From Macrostomum lignano (taxonomy: Eukaryota), in the NCBI GenBank assembly GCA_002269645.1, contig NIVC01001433.1, forward strand, positions 1-64,000: 64,000 nucleotides of DNA, given 5' to 3'. The position numbers and the translations under genes are program-made. How positions within the stretch are numbered: position 1 is the stretch's first letter; each line of letters starts with the position of its first letter. Positions 1 through 31,980 of the stretch are shown here, one piece after another. The notes under the pieces were generated by a model. The model was not told where the DNA came from. It saw only the letters and a program-made list of their open reading frames with translations, and did not search any database.

Positions 1-710
1 TTTATAGTTACACAAAGCATGTGGAAAACTCTAAATATTTATTAGAGTTATAGAATACATAATACTGATATCCAGTCTAGAAATCATAGTGCACTTCTGA
101 AGTTGATGTATTATATAAAGCAAGGATTGACAAATGCTGGCCGATGACCAAATGTGGTCACAAAACCTCTTATCTTGCCCTCGGGTTTTTTAAAACTTCA
201 TAATAGCAATCCAGCATGCTTAAGGTTTGTGTCTCTTCTTAGCTCTCTTCTCTTCTTCTCTTGTCTCCTATCTCTCTCCTATTTCTCTTCTCCTCTCGCC
301 TTCTTTCTTTCCCCTCCTATTTATCTGATAATCTCTTTCATCTCCAGCTCTCTTCTCCTTTATTTCCTTGCATCTCCTTTCTACTAATCTTCTTCTCTCT
401 TCTCTCCCTCCTATGGCCTGCAGTCATGCGCTGGGCTCTCTATTTGGCCCTTGAGTTTAAAAAAAGTTTGCCAACCCATCATATAGAGCAAACATATCGC
501 ATGTCATGCTGTCAGGATTTCAGATTATTAAAGGAAAATGACTCAATAAAAACCGAGAGCAATATTTCATTGAAATGCTATACTCAGATTTAAAACTAAC
601 ATATATCTTAAAGTACAGATATTTCAACCATAAATAACTTGGATTACAACATGCCCCAAAGCCATCCATCGGCTCAGCTGATGAAATATGCATGAACGCG
701 TCATTCTGAG
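1..710 (+). mobile_element. Decayed Penelope-like element 3' portion (GIY-YIG C-terminus plus hammerhead-like motif), interrupted by a hAT MITE
   Basis: Broken translation gives C-G-K-L-(stop for Y)-I near 20-37, H-N-T-D-I, V-H-F, and after the MITE HVMLSGFQIIKGK*LNKNREQYFIEML, resembling PLE GIY-YIG C-termini. CTGATGA(678-684)...GAACGCGTC(694-702) resembles PLE minimal hammerheads. Heavily degraded. Confidence 0.4.
121..480 (+). mobile_element. Non-autonomous hAT (Charlie-like) MITE with CT-rich interior
   Basis: Imperfect TIRs CAAGGATTGACAAA / TTTGCCAACCCATC; flanking 8-mers ATATAAAG (113-120) and ATATAGAG (481-488) match 7/8 (hAT-length TSD); body aligns by eye to the minus-strand copy at 52575-52829. 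Confidence 0.7.
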
Positions 711-1372
711 AATCTAGAATAAAAAATTTGAAACTCAATCTTTGAAACTGCTCTGCTCAGTCTCCTTGGCTCAGCTTCACTTCTACATCGTTCTTTCAGC
801 TCGCCACTAGATTTTTCTTGGTTCTCCATCGTACTCTCTGATCTTGCACTCGTACCACCCTGATTCGGGGGGGGGCGGTTCTTCAGCTAATTTAAATTCT
901 ACATTTCATTTTTTGGCTTTGGTTTCATGGGGGCCAAATTAGTTGTTGGGGAACTGTTAACATTGGAGCAGGGAGGCGGGAGAGCAGCTTTGAATTGGTG
1001 GCCATATATTTTGGGGAGTCGTGACCCCCCTCCCCCCCTGGGGGCGCTTTCATAAACCCGAAATTTCACAAACCGAAAATCTCACAAATCCGAAAATTCA
1101 CAAACCCGAAATTTTTTTATTTTTTTATTCAGCGTTAAAAAAACGATGTACGCGTACAATTTTCGACTGCTGACTACTCATAGACATTTTATTTAACATC
1201 GTTAATCATTTTGAACTGTTTGCTACGTACGAGTGCATCTAAACGCCTCTCTTGATACTTCTGTCTAGATAAACCAAGAACTGTGTATACAATTAAAAGT
1301 ACAAAGATTTACAAGTACTAATTTATAGGCGGATTAATTCTTCAATGCTACTACATTAATTCTTCTTTAACA

Positions 1373-1662
1373 GTGTTGTAGCCTAGTGGCCAGAGCGTCG
1401 GACTTGCGACTAAAAGGTCGGGGGTTCGATTCTCAATCAACTCGGAACAGTTTGTGCCCTTGAGCAAGACACTTAACTTTGCATTGCTTCAGTTCACCCA
1501 GATGTAAAATGGGTGCCAGCATTAGCTGTGTGTGGCGACCCCCCTCCCCCAAGTTCTTGGACTGAACAGCCGTACTCAGCCTTCAGATGCGCTGCGCAAT
1601 AGCTGCGGCTGAGCTGTGGGTTGCTGTACATCTGGCCCAATTGAGGCAGGTGTAATCAATTA
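1373..1662 (+). mobile_element. tRNA-derived SINE with CORE (MIR-like) central domain
   Basis: A box TAGCCTAGTGG (1379-1389), B box GGTTCGATTCTC (1423-1434), then GTGCCCTTGAGCAAGACACTTAAC...CTTCAGTTCACCCAGATGTAAAATGGG resembling the MIR CORE; AT-rich tail; second copy at 23897-24096. Confidence 0.75.
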
Positions 1663-1782
1663 TTATTAGCGATTAAGCGATTCTCGATGCAAATTAATCA
1701 ATTTTTTCGAGGCATAGTTATAAAGAAACAAGACACGAGTTAACGGAACTCAATTAACTCGAAAATTCGCCCGCACACGCAG

Positions 1783-22109
<20,327 letters not shown>

Positions 22110-23896
22110 CGCAATTATTTACACCAGAACAGTATACTGTAGCACGCTGTATTACATGGCTTCGGGCTTGTGCATCGGATTGGCCAGCTATAGGGAGTTA
22201 TCGTGCGATTCTTGCCCATAAGGGCCAACCCCAAAGACACAGAGAGTGTACATGCCAGACGGTTAGAAGATCGGGACGTGCTGTACACCTGTGTGAGAGT
22301 TGGAATGAATACATAACTGGGTGCGTCAGTGGAATAGACATGATACGAGTAGACTGCCGCTTTGTTTTGCAGCCTGCAACTAACTAAGCTAAATGTAACT
22401 GAGTCCCCGTAGCTGTCAATGGTCCTCAATCTAAACCTTGGAATTGATGCCTTTCTTTGTCTAGTTATCGTTCATTCCAACATATCAGCCTGGCGTACAT
22501 TAGGGTCATTCAGTATTTTTACGAGTAGTATAATGGATATATACGCTCGTAGTTGCCTGCAAAGTCGCAAGCAAGTAAGCAAATTTTAGAACAACAAAAT
22601 ATGCGTCTAATATTGGGCATTTGTTTTGAATTGATTTGATTTGCAATATTTTCTTATTCATCTCATATATTAAGCTTGTATTTTAATCTAAATTGAAATG
22701 TTAGCTGTTAAGTGTTAATGATAGTAAATTATTGAAAGTGTCAACCAATCAACCAATTCAATTATAGCTACCCCACACGGAACTGCTAGTACAAATTATT
22801 TTTTACATGTAGCTAACACTTTAAAATCCGTATCTGCCTACTTACGTACTTGGCTACCGACTTATAATCGTCATATACACGTATAGTGCTGCATATTTCA
22901 ATCGCATTTTATGGCCAGCCATCACTGTTGTTCCGAAACTATAGCTAAGATTATTACCGCTGGTTTTTAAAGCGCGCCTTTTTGAGAACCTGTCCCAAAA
23001 TACTGCTTCTCTTTTACCTGTTTTTTGCCTTTCATACTTTTTTATCTCTTCTATATATACGGTTACAATTCTAGTCGTTTTATGCATTCATTAGTATAAA
23101 ACTATATTATGCTGCTATTATTCCTGTCCTGTCTGGTCAAAGTGTTTTAAAATTTTTCGCTTTATAACTCAGCATCGATCGATGTATTTTTCGTTGTCAA
23201 GCAATTTCGGGTGCCACTTTGGGTGTCGGAAACGCACCTGCACTGTTGTTGTCCAGGATCGAGGCTCACCTGTAGGAATGACGCTTTTTTATAACAAACG
23301 CTTCCTTGGGGTACATGTAACTGCGACAGCAACGTTGCATCGCATGCCTACTTTTGGTTCGTTATTATAATAAAACTAAGTGCTTTTCTAGTCTTATATA
23401 TGCATTTCCTGTTTGAAATATTTTGACCTATTTGTTTCAATTGAAGAAGGATTTATTTATCTGTTATATTGGCTATATTGTTATTAGACTAAATGTTTAA
23501 CTCCGATTATTGTCTGTCAAAGCCGCCAGCTATATACTTATTTGTTTTATTTAATATTCCTCTTGTGTGTGTGGCAATGCTTAAAGAAATTAAAGTATAA
23601 TTATTTAATTATATTATTGTCAATGTTACTAATATATTATAAAATGTATTGTCCTCCGTCTTAGTTTTTTTGTTTCTTTCTATTAATTCTGAGCCCTATG
23701 GGAATCAGAGTGAGCCCTTATACATTTTTAATTCATTAAAGATTATATCTCGATACACAAAAAAATCATTTTCTAGAAAATCACCAGGTAACTATATGCA
23801 TGTACGTGTAGTAGACACCTGGACAATCATAAACTGTTGGGCGTCCTCAATTTGTCTCTGAAGCAGTCAGTCATCATCTTGAAATAAATAATAGCT

Positions 23897-24096
23897 ATTA
23901 CACCTGCTCCTAATGGCCAGATGTGCAACCGACAGCTCAGCCGCAGCTATTGCGGGGCGCATCTGAAGGCTGCGTACGGCTGTTCAATCCAAGGACTGGA
24001 GGGTCAACACACCCTCAATTACCTCAGCTAATGCTGGCACCCATTTTACATCTTAGGTGAACTTAAGCAATGCAGAGTTAATTGTCTTGCTCGAGG
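23897..24096 (-). mobile_element. 5'-truncated copy of the CORE-type SINE
   Basis: Reverse complement matches 1455-1655 (GCTGGCACCCATTTTACATC; CAGCTCAGCCGCAGCTATTGCG); tRNA head missing. Confidence 0.75.
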
Positions 24097-24624
24097 AGTC
24101 AATGACACCAATTGTTCCAGTACGAGGCATCATCAGGAATCTTGACTTAAGACAACTAAAATCATAAAATATGGAATCTACATACATCAATTCCTAATAT
24201 GATTTCCTATTAAAGCTGGCATACAAAATTCGAAAGTGGATTATGCAAGAGTAAGCGTACTTAATGCGTGTCGCATCTGTTTGTTGTGAGCTGTAAGTAC
24301 GAGTCGTTAAAATCCAAAAACGTTATCACAACGCTTTATCTCATAACACGCTCTCTGCTAGTACTCGTACAACCTCTCTATACCCTTCTGGCAGCTAGTT
24401 CTACATGTACACCAAGAAAAAAATGTCCAATGCATGTATGTACGTTTGCATTCTTTTAATATCAGCTAGCTAAACCTCAGGAGCCTTGCTAACTCTCAGC
24501 ATAATTCAAGTGTTTCCTAGAAATTGCGCAGTTATTTTTGTACCTGACGCGCTCCTTACCCTTTATGGTTGGGGCTTAGATTGTATACTATAAAGACTTG
24601 GCGCTTCTAAATATAGAAAAATAG

Positions 24625-24900
24625 AGTTCTCAGAGAGTTCTTTGATAGTTCTCAGAGAATTCGTTGAGAGCGCTCAGAGATTTTCTTTGAGGAGCTCTCC
24701 TCTGAGTTTCTTTTGAGAGTTCTCAGAGAGTTCGTTTGATAGTTCTCGGAGAGTTTGGGTTTCCTTAATTGAGAGTTCTCAGAGAGTTTGGGTTTCTTTA
24801 ATTGAGAGTTCTCAGAGAGTTTCTTGAGAGATTCTGCGAGTGTTCTTTGGGGATATCTCTGTGAATTTGTTCGACAGTTCTCAGCGAGTTTGTTTGAGAA
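24625..24900. repeat. Degenerate GAGAGTTCTCAGAGAG tandem repeats
   Basis: Repeated GAGAGTTCTC motif at irregular spacing; possibly the interior of a non-autonomous element. Confidence 0.6.
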
Positions 24901-26337
24901 TTGTTTTACGAGTACTCCGATTAATTTCTTGTTCATCCTCAAAATCATTGCAAAGGAAGTGGGGCGTAGTATGATCCCCTGCAGAAGCGGATCAGTCTTG
25001 GACCCTTGCCCACCTGCAGCATGCGACGCCCCCGCATATCTGAGCCCCAGCGAAAATTTCGCGAAGACGAAATTTGTATCCTCAAAAGTCCCCCACCCAC
25101 CCACTTTGCCCGTGGTGAATTTAGAAATGTGCTATCAGTGCCATGTAACTAATGAATAAAAATACATGTATAATGTAGACTTTAACAGCACTTGTACCCT
25201 AGCAGTTTGTTTAAGTAGTTGCTAACCTTAGAAGCTTTAAAGTCGAATGACGATGTTGTTGATGTATACACATGCACATGTATGTATTAAGAGCAAAGTC
25301 ATTAAAAGCACCATTAAACTTTTTAATCATTCACAGCAGAGAGTTGCAGCTGAGCCTCTTGGATAGCTTATCAACCAGTTGAAGACAATTACTCTGTATT
25401 CGTATTTGATTAACGTTAACATTAATAACTTGTTTGACATGTTTTGGTAATTACACATTACACAAAAAGGCTGACATTTACATGTAGCAGTTAAGTCAAT
25501 TGTTTACAAATTAAGTTATTAACAAAACAAACAATTCAAATATGCAAATACCAGAATCAGATCACTAGAGAAGATTTCCATGCAATCCGCTGTTACATTG
25601 TGTACAAACACATTAATGACAACACTTGAATGTACAGCAAAGAGCAGAAAACAAAGTCTCAATGAACCAAGCTTGAACAAAATTATTGATATAAATTTAT
25701 AATTCTCACATCAGTCATAATAATTATATAAAAATGCGACAAACTGCATCAGACTGACTCTTGGTGTACTCTGGAGTTACTGTTCCATAACGCGTATCAT
25801 AACATCAACTTAATTTTGGCCACAGATTTTTTCCTAGCTGGATATGTCCTTCTGGGTATCAATAATTCTATTATTATAATAAATACTCTAGGAATTTTAA
25901 GACTTCTATTTAAGTTATCTGGATACATGGAATCTGCAGACTTCTGCAACTTCTGTGGGTCAGAGGCTCAGCAGAGTAAAGGTAGGGTAGAGGTGTTATG
26001 TTGATATTTTACTTGATTTTGAACCTCAAACTTCAAAATTTATCAAGTTAAATCCAAATTTAAACGCAGGATGCCAAATGATGCTGCAATCCTGACGCTT
26101 AAAAAAGCCAGGGTAGTACTTTATTTTAAACTTGCTTACAATATAGAAGATTCAAAAGATCAAATAAACTGCACTTGAAGTAGGAATTTTCTTTAAAAAT
26201 CGGAAGTATTACTAATCATTTTTAATTTTTTCCTGATAAAAATCCTCGTTAACACACTCGTACTGGACTCAACTTCTGATCTACTACGATCTATATCAGG
26301 GATGTTTCGCACTGACCACTTGGTATTGTTAATCAAT

Positions 26338-27730
26338 TCAATTCTGTCTCAATTCATCCAATACGCGCGAGATATCGCCATTGGCAGCCAATAACAGTTC
26401 GGTTAGTCTACCGTCTTCATCTGTGAATCCCATTGCTTGCATCTGGCACAAAGACTTGGCCACAGTGTCAGACAGAGGTCGTCGCTGCAATGGAGGCGGA
26501 GGCGGCGTTGGTGGTTGCGGTTGCGCCTGTGGTGGAGTTTCATCCGTCATCATTGCGGCGGACGATTCTGGCCGTTGCAACGGACAATCCGAAGGAGTAG
26601 CAACGGCCCCAGGAGAGCTCGGTGAGTGATGATGATAAGACACTTCAATGCCTAACGGTTGCAGCAGGGCATTCAACGAGTTGCTCATATTGTGCACAAA
26701 GTTCAAGATGGACTCTTGATTAGCCTTGGACTCCTGCTGCTGCTGCTGCTGCAACATACCGGAGCAGTCTACAAAACTGTCGGGCCCACCGCCAGCCAGG
26801 CTGGAGGCTATGGAGTCGCGCCGAGGCATCGAGCATCGGTTCTCCTCCATCATAGCCGCATCAGAGAATGGACAAGGAGTCTGCGACTGCGACATATTGC
26901 TATGATGTTGACGATGCAGCACTTTCATAGCGGCCGCTTCTAGTTGCTTCAATACGCGCAAGCAATCGTTTGTGGGCAGACTGGAACAGTCGCCTAATCC
27001 AACTGCTGCTGCGCCGGAAGTTCCAACTCCGGCGACACTTCCGGTGCCGCTTCCGCTTCCGTCTGCGGCTTGACTAACGCCCTGCCTACACCGTCTAGCG
27101 TACTGGCTTCGATTCCATTTGCTCAGCTTGCAGATGAATGGATCCTTGGGCCGGCGTAGCATGATCATGGGGTGCTCGCAGTGTCTATTAATTACTACGC
27201 AGTGACAGCACAGATCGAAGTCTTGGCAGATGACGCATTTAAATCGATAGCCGCGAACCGGCTGATTACAGCCATCACACAGGATGTCCGGGTGGATCAC
27301 ACTGTTTTTAGATGCAGGAATCAACGGAGATGGGCAGCTGATGTACACTCGAAGCGTGCCATCATCGTCGCTGCCATCAATTATTGCTGATGATGACAGG
27401 GCGTCCGCTAGTTCTTCGCTAGTTGAAAATGTGACTCGTTCGTTTTCGGAGTCTGAGACGATCAAGCAAGTGTTAATTAGGATTAGGATTGTACAATAGA
27501 AAGCGTTAGTTTGATTAAAATTTAAAATAACCGCACTTACCTAGCCACTGCATTCGGACATTTTGCGAAGAGTCGATATCGAATAGTGCGCGAACTTTTT
27601 CAACCAGACATGCAATGTCGGGCGGATTCAATACAGAAAATCGGCGTATTTCTGTAATCCTGTCCTCTTTGTCGATAAAGTAGGCCTTAATAGAGGCCTT
27701 CGACATAGCTTGGCTTTGAAATTCAACCAT
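26338..27730 (-). CDS. SQSTM1: Sequestosome-1/p62-like protein (PB1-ZZ-UBA)
   Basis: Exons 27730-27541 and 27452-26338 (88-nt intron; an alternative ATG at 27706). PB1 IKAYF...EIRRF...WL|DSENERVTFST; ZZ finger HPDILCDGCNQPVRGYRFKCVICQDFDLC; conserved LLQPLGIEV; UBA SLCQMQAMGFTDEDGRLTELLLAANGDISRVLD. Confidence 0.93.
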
Positions 27731-28305
27731 TGCCTGATGATGTTGGCGATGATTGTGTTGAAATAACTAGCTTTTACCTCGGATCAGCAGAACTCTGAGC
27801 TAGTTTGGTCTGATGACGCAAATCTGTACACGTGTACAAGGTCCCTGGGCGGGCAGACCTTTCTCTTTAATGGAACACTTCCGTTGAGCAGAGCAGTTAC
27901 AATTCTAATCTTAATTTATACGAAGAAAAAGCCTTGGACAAGCGAAGGAGCCACAGTGCAATAGATAAAACCAGTTTAATGCAATACGTTGGACTGACGT
28001 CGGCTTGCATAGTAAAAGGGTTGGCGGACGGAGGGGTAAGAAAAAGGTTTTGGGGGAGTGAGCGCCACATTCTAAATATAGGATAGGATCCAATGTACAG
28101 AGTGAAAGGCCGCGGGTTGTTGGGATGGGGGGTTGGTCTGGAGACGGAAAACGTTGAGCTGAGGGATAGAAAACTATTTGGCCTTGAAGGGGGGGGCGGG
28201 CGGGGTGAATCAAAGAGATGTACACTTAGATTTTCTAACCCTGAACTGAATTTATCACTTGAGAGCGCTCCTCCTTCTCCACTGTAAACCCCCTTCCTGC
28301 CCCCG
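27731..28305. promoter_or_regulatory. Probable bidirectional promoter between divergent SQSTM1 and PPase
   Basis: Head-to-head genes about 1 kb apart; perfect 14-bp palindrome TGTACACGTGTACA (27825-27838, E-box core); GC boxes GGGGCGGGGCGGGG at about 28193-28205. Confidence 0.4.
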
Positions 28306-28781
28306 ATGCTAGCACAACGCACTAACGTTAAGCTTCTCGGCCTTCTTGTCCCTCTTCTAACCATAAAGGCCTGCAACTTAACGTTAGCCACCTATTTGCT
28401 CTCGCTTGCCTGCTGTAGTAGGTTTTATGTCGCCTCGTCTTACTGCCCGAATTCATTCTATTATAATCGTGCCTCGGCATTTCTAAAGTAAGTAGTTTTT
28501 TTATTCTATTAATAATAGAAATAGAGTAATAGAAATGGTATTATCATTATTTAATTACTATTGACAAACCTTAATTTGTTAGTGCCTCAATAAATCAAAA
28601 TCTAAATCAATCTCGTGTTGGAGTATTGCGTTTTTTGAGAAAAAAAATATGCACACTCCCTAACACTGCAGTGATCAGTGCCCTCGCCTTGCTGTCAGGA
28701 AGAGTCCACCTACGTTGTTGCCTTCGCAGCTTTCAGAGTACGCCAAATTTAGCATCGTCTATCATTTCTGGAGCCAAAGCC

Positions 28782-30455
28782 ATGTCCGGTCGCTACGGTA
28801 TTATTGAACGCGGATCCGTGTACACGTCAGACTACAAGTTGTACATCACCGGTCCTAACGGTCCTCTATCGGCATTCCACGACATTCCTCTGCACGCCGA
28901 CAGCTCAAGTAAAGAGTTCAACATGATCGTTGAGATTCCTCGTTGGACCAACGCCAAAATGGAGATTAGCAAGGAGCAGCGCCTGAACCCGATTGTGCAA
29001 GACGTCAAGAAGGGCGCTCTGCGATTCGTTGATAACGTATTTCCATTCCACGGCTACATCTGGAACTATGGCGCCCTGCCGCAGACCTGGGAGGATCCCG
29101 GACACGTGGACGAGCGCACCGGCGCCAAGGGTGACAACGATCCGCTGGACGTCTGCGAGATTGGGTCCAAGGTCAGCTGTGTGGTCTGGGGAGCTGGAAT
29201 GTCTGAATTATGCGTCCCAGATCCCAGATTGTACACTTCCCAGATCCTGAATCTGTGATTGCATGTGTTAATTAAATCCCTGATTCCAGTCAAAATCCCC
29301 TCTTCATAATTACATTTTGAATCCCCGCTTCAGAATTCCAGTTATTAAAATCCCCTCTTCATAATTACATTTTGAATCCCCGCTTCAGAATTCCAGTTAT
29401 TAAAATCCCCTCTTCATAATTACATTTTGAATCCCCGCTTCAGAATTCCAGTTATTAAAATCCCCTCTTCGTAATTCCAATCAAAAATCCCTCATCAGTA
29501 TCCCAATAAAATACCCGCTTCATAAACCCAATCAAAAATCCCCTCCTCAGAAACCCAATAAAATTTCCCTCCTCAGAAACCCAATAAAAATCCCCTCTAA
29601 AGAATCCCAATAAAAAATCACCTCTTCAGAACGCCAATCTAAAATCCCCACTTCAGAATCCCAATTATTAAAATTCCCGCTTCAGAGTCCCAGTTAATAA
29701 AATCCCATTTCAAAATCCCAATCAAAAATCCCCACTTCAGAGTCCCAGTTAATAAAATCCCATTTCAAAATCCCAATAAAAAATCCCCACTTCAGAGTCC
29801 CAGTTAATAAAATACTATTTCAAAATCCCAATCAAAAATCCCCACTTCAGAGTTCCAGTTAATAAAATCCCATTTCAAAATCCCAATCAAAAATCCCCAC
29901 TTCAGAGTCCCAGTTAATAAAATCCCATTTCAAAATCCCAATAAAAAATCTCCTCTCCCGCAGGTGCACCCCCGCGGTTCGGTCATCCGCGTCAAGCCGC
30001 TCGGCCTGCTGGGCCTGATCGATGAAGGCGAGACCGACTGGAAGATTCTCGTAATCGACGCCGAGGACCCGCTGGCCAGTCAGCTGAACGGCCTGGCGGA
30101 TATCGAGGGCGCCATGCCGGGATTCCTGGACGCCACGCGGCGCTGGTTCCGCGTCTACAAAATGCCGCAGGGCAAGCCGGCGAACGAATTCGCTTTTAAT
30201 GGAGAATTTCGGGACAGGGACTTTGCGCTGGGCGTGATTGAGGAGACGCACAAGCAGTGGCAGGCTATGATGCAGGGCGCCAGCGGAGATGCTCACGGCA
30301 TCGCCCGCGACAACGTGTCGGTTGTTGGCAGCTCCAGCGGCATCGACCAGCCGGCCGCCGATGCCGCCTTGTCCGCTGCTCCGGCTGCTGCACCGGCTGA
30401 TGACAAGCCGGAAAGTCGAGTGCCAGACAGTGTTGGCAAATGGCACTTTGTCTGA
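28782..30455 (+). CDS. PPA1: Family I soluble inorganic pyrophosphatase (PPA1/PPA2-like); possible longer N-terminal isoform
   Basis: Exons 28782-29171 and 29964-30455; motifs [69 protein letters not shown]. Confidence 0.95.
29285..29950. repeat. AAAATCCC-based intronic tandem repeat (about 27-bp subunits, 54-55-bp dimers)
   Basis: Fills the PPase intron up to about 15 nt from the acceptor. Confidence 0.85.
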
Positions 30456-30519
30456 ATGCGATTTGAAACTTTAGGTTATTTTTAACAGCTAGGGACACTG
30501 ACAGCCATTTGGTTGCGGA

Positions 30520-31130
30520 GAATTTAGGGTTGGGTTTATGTTAGGCAGGTTTGGGTTTAGGTTTAGGTTTAGGCTAAGGTTTGTTAGGGTTTAGGTTTTA
30601 GGCTAAGGTTTGTTTGGGTTTAAGATAAGGTTTAGGTTAGGGTTAGGGTTTAAGATAAGGTTTAGGTTAGGGTTAGGGTTTAGGCTAAGGTTTAGGTTAG
30701 GGTTAGGGTTTAAGCTAAGGTTTAGGTTAGGGTTAGGGTTTAAGATAAGGTTTAGGTTAGGGTTAGGGTTTAAGATAAGGTTTAGGTTAGGGTTAGGGTT
30801 TAAGCTAAGGTTTAGGTTAGGGTTAGGGTTTAAGATAAGGTTTAGGTTAGGGTTAGGGTTTAGGCTAAGGTTTAGGTTAGGGTTAGGGTTTAAGATAAGG
30901 TTTAGGTTAGGGTTAGGGTTTAAGCTAAGGTTTAGGTTAGGGTTAGGGTTTAAGCTAAGGTTTAGGTTAGGGTTAGGGTTTAAGCTAAGGTTTAGGTTAG
31001 GGTTAGGGTTTAAGATAAGGTTTAGGTTAGGGTTAGGGTTTAAGATAAGGTTTAGGTTAGGGTTAGGGTTTAGGCTAAGGTTTAGGTTAGGGTTAGGGTT
31101 TAAGATAAGGTTTAGGTTAGGGTTAGGGTT
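30520..31130 (+). repeat. Interstitial telomeric higher-order repeat: 30-bp unit TTTAAG-(A/C)TAAGG-TTTAGG-TTAGGG-TTAGGG
   Basis: About 17 exact-period 30-bp units (30621-31130) after a degenerate lead-in; unique sequence on both sides. Confidence 0.93.
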
Positions 31131-31980
31131 GGAGTCGGCAAGTCAGTTTGTGGCAGTCAGTGGTCGTAGACCTCATTACTGCCATACAACACGAATCATA
31201 GATCTATAGAGGCTTAACTAATATTAAATATAATAAAACTATTAGGCAGAGGTTGACCGAGACAGAAAGTTCCATTGAGATTCAGAATAAAGTGGGCGAG
31301 TTTTCATGCCTAAATTTTCTATATCCAAACTTCTATTTAATTTATTTTCCAATCCAACTCGCCATAATTCAATTTTTATCGTGTTGGCCCAAAGTTTTTA
31401 GAAAGAAAGTAAAACATTCTAACTAGTGTTGGCCGCATGTCCAAGACATACTACTGTTATTACCTACTGTTTATGTAATCAGTAATAATTAAGTGGCAAT
31501 TTTAGCTTGTTAGGAATATTATATCAAATAGTCATTCGAGTTTCAATAGTTCCCTGTTCCATGCACTCTCACCGTCTCCCTATCATCCTCTCTATACTAC
31601 TTGTATCAGCAAATTGGGAGTTGACTATTTTGGCATTTTAGTATATTAAATAATGTTTATTTATATGTATTTTTTCTATCTAAGCTCTATCTATTTTTTA
31701 ACGAAGGTAAACAATATATACGGTCCAATGTTAGATCAGCGCCTTTCATAATAACTTGCTAATAATCAAAGTCTTAATAATATTTATCGGTACACTGGGC
31801 ACTTGTTTATTTATTAGAGGTTGCTTTTGATTACAGGAAATATCTTTCTTTTGCGATATTAATTTCAGCTTCTTGTTAAAGTGTTATAAAATATTGAAAA
31901 AAACTTCTAATATAAATTCAATTGGACACAGAAGTGAAAGCAAAGTCGATACGAAAGTCTGTTAGACACCGGTCTGGGTA

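Noticed and set aside
23150-23290. Minus-strand exon-like stretch (EPRSWTTTVQVRFRHPKWHPKLL...), faintly UBC-like
   Set aside because: No catalytic Cys context, no partner exons or start found; similarity too weak.
30520-31130. True chromosome end, or FRLGLGFK protein ORF
   Set aside because: Unique sequence and genes continue downstream; the ORF is a repeat translation.
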